A program made the translations under genes and the position numbers. Below, piece by piece: positions 62,395 to 64,000 of a DNA stretch of 64,000 nucleotides. The stretch is from NCBI GenBank assembly GCA_040954595.2, contig CM082582.2, forward strand, positions 9,911,483 through 9,975,482, in the 5' to 3' direction. Positions within the stretch are counted from its first letter, which is position 1; every line of letters starts with the position of its first letter. The DNA is from Balanoglossus misakiensis (lineage: Eukaryota; Animalia; Hemichordata). The notes under the pieces were generated by a model, which worked only from the letters and a program-made list of their open reading frames with translations, was not told the DNA's origin and ran no database searches.

Positions 62395-64000
62395 CTGAAC
62401 CCTGGAAGACAACGTATGTTGAACAGGCCAGTCTGGGTTGCGTCATATCTTACTAAATTGGTAGCAGAAGTTTATCCTGATATTCATTTTTTTTTCCTCA
62501 GTAAAGTCAAATAATCATTCTGGAAAAAACTTGTTCACAGTGTGACCAGGCTTTACACCACGAAATGAGATATTTTTTGTCAAAATGATAAATTTGTTGC
62601 CGCGGACAACCACTTGCTATCGACAGAGCATATACCCACCCGAAAAGTGGCTTCTGAAAAGCTCTCTGCCAAACGGAAAAAGCTCTTTTTTTCTCCAAAT
62701 CCGTCAAAATCAACCGCACAGTGTAAATGCCAGATCTGCAGATTCAGGACGCAAGCTGGCTAACACAAACAGGGCAGGTTACAATAAATCACCACAGCAC
62801 ATGTTATTTACATCCATTGATTTGCTGGTCTTTCCCCCCATCTTGTCCTCTTTCATCCTCATCTCAGGTCACCAGCAAAAAAACACCACTTAATAAATTT
62901 ATTGATTTTTGTATTGATTTGTATTCATTACCCTGATTTTAATGTGTGTTTTGATTTTTTTCCCTCTGTTTTTCTTTCTTTCTCCTTGTAATTGCTTTTC
63001 TATTTCCCCCCTGCAAGTGGATTCTCGAAGCAGCTTAGGAAGTTCGACTTGAATGTTGTAGTGGCTATTTCCTGTCCCACGCATGTGGGCTGATACATGT
63101 GGTCTGATCCCCTTAAAGGGTCTAAAGGAAAATTAATTTTGCTCTTGAATGTGTTACCGGAAACATTTCTCGGAAAGTGATCCCATTTTGCGAGGTGTCT
63201 AACATTACGTAGTTACTCAAGTTGACAATTGTACTGAATTAAAATAATTAATATATAAATGTTTGTCTAAACAACCATTCAAAATGTTAAAAACATATGT
63301 ATGATGTAAGGAATACAAATTAATGTAGAAAAATATACCGGTCGACTTAATGCACAGAGCTAGTACTACTGTACAGCGCCATTTCATGTGCATCACGTTA
63401 AATTCATTTCCTCCTGTTCGCCGCAGTCAGGGGACTCTGTCATTTCTGAAAGTGCAACTGGTTTAAATATAGCATGCAACGTATTGCTGTTACTTCTAAT
63501 CCGCAGTGGTAGAAAAAGCCTCTACATCACCACAGGCTGCATTTTAAAGCACACAGATGCGATACTCATTAATTTTCTTCTAAAATTTCAACCACTTTTT
63601 CGCCTCCAGGTGAGCGCCAAGTGTTTCAATTCCAAATGTTTTTGATGATTCACACACAATTGGTGTTATTCTTTCCACGTCGGAGGACAGAACGAAAAAT
63701 AAGAGGCGGTTGTTTTGCTACAAATCTCTCAATAATCTGATCTAATAATCAATAGGGGTTATTTATGGTATAATCACAGTGTAAAAAACTGGACCCTGAA
63801 GATTGATTGCTTACACAATTAATTTACTCTGTAAGTGATATCATATTTTATGGCGCCGCCATATGGCACTGTTGTAAGTCAATAGACATCTGCCATGCCA
63901 TGTTAATCACACTCCGCTCTCTATCTACAGACTCTGTGGTCATTTCTCACCAGTGTCTCTCACAACTGTTATTAAATCTGAATTTTGTGTGTGTGTTTTT

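Noticed and set aside
1-64000. Prokaryotic or viral systems (CRISPR array, operons, defence islands), tRNA/rRNA, intact transposase or reverse transcriptase
   Set aside because: The sequence is spliceosomal-intron eukaryotic DNA. I saw no regularly spaced direct repeats, cloverleafs, rRNA motifs, or DDE/RT ORFs.

Overview
This is eukaryotic (animal) genomic DNA with GT-AG introns and AT-rich spacers. The repeat style suggests a marine invertebrate deuterostome such as a hemichordate, which is an inference only. Five protein-coding genes are well supported: (1) a class A (rhodopsin-family) orphan GPCR in one coding exon (+, 2557-4104); (2) a ~2700-aa C2H2 zinc-finger protein encoded by one ~8.1-kb exon (-, 9260-17377); (3) a divergently transcribed 3-exon, 9-finger C2H2 gene (+, 24224-26502); (4) an 8-exon UBE2Q-family E2 (-, 32170-34952); and (5) head-to-head with it, a 5-exon PIGM (+, 35370-37488). 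The right third of the window is mostly non-coding. It holds weak candidate spliced exons (38.5-45.7 kb, 57.2-57.4 kb) and a TATA promoter with a probable first coding exon (61130-61198) of a gene that continues beyond the window. The most notable signal is the giant zinc-finger protein, which combines two internal NuRD-type RKQxKP motifs with about ten CtBP-type PxDLS-like motifs. I saw no tRNA, rRNA, CRISPR or intact transposase, and I cannot support a clearly novel multi-gene system from sequence alone. All exon models were assembled by eye, with reading-frame phase checks.
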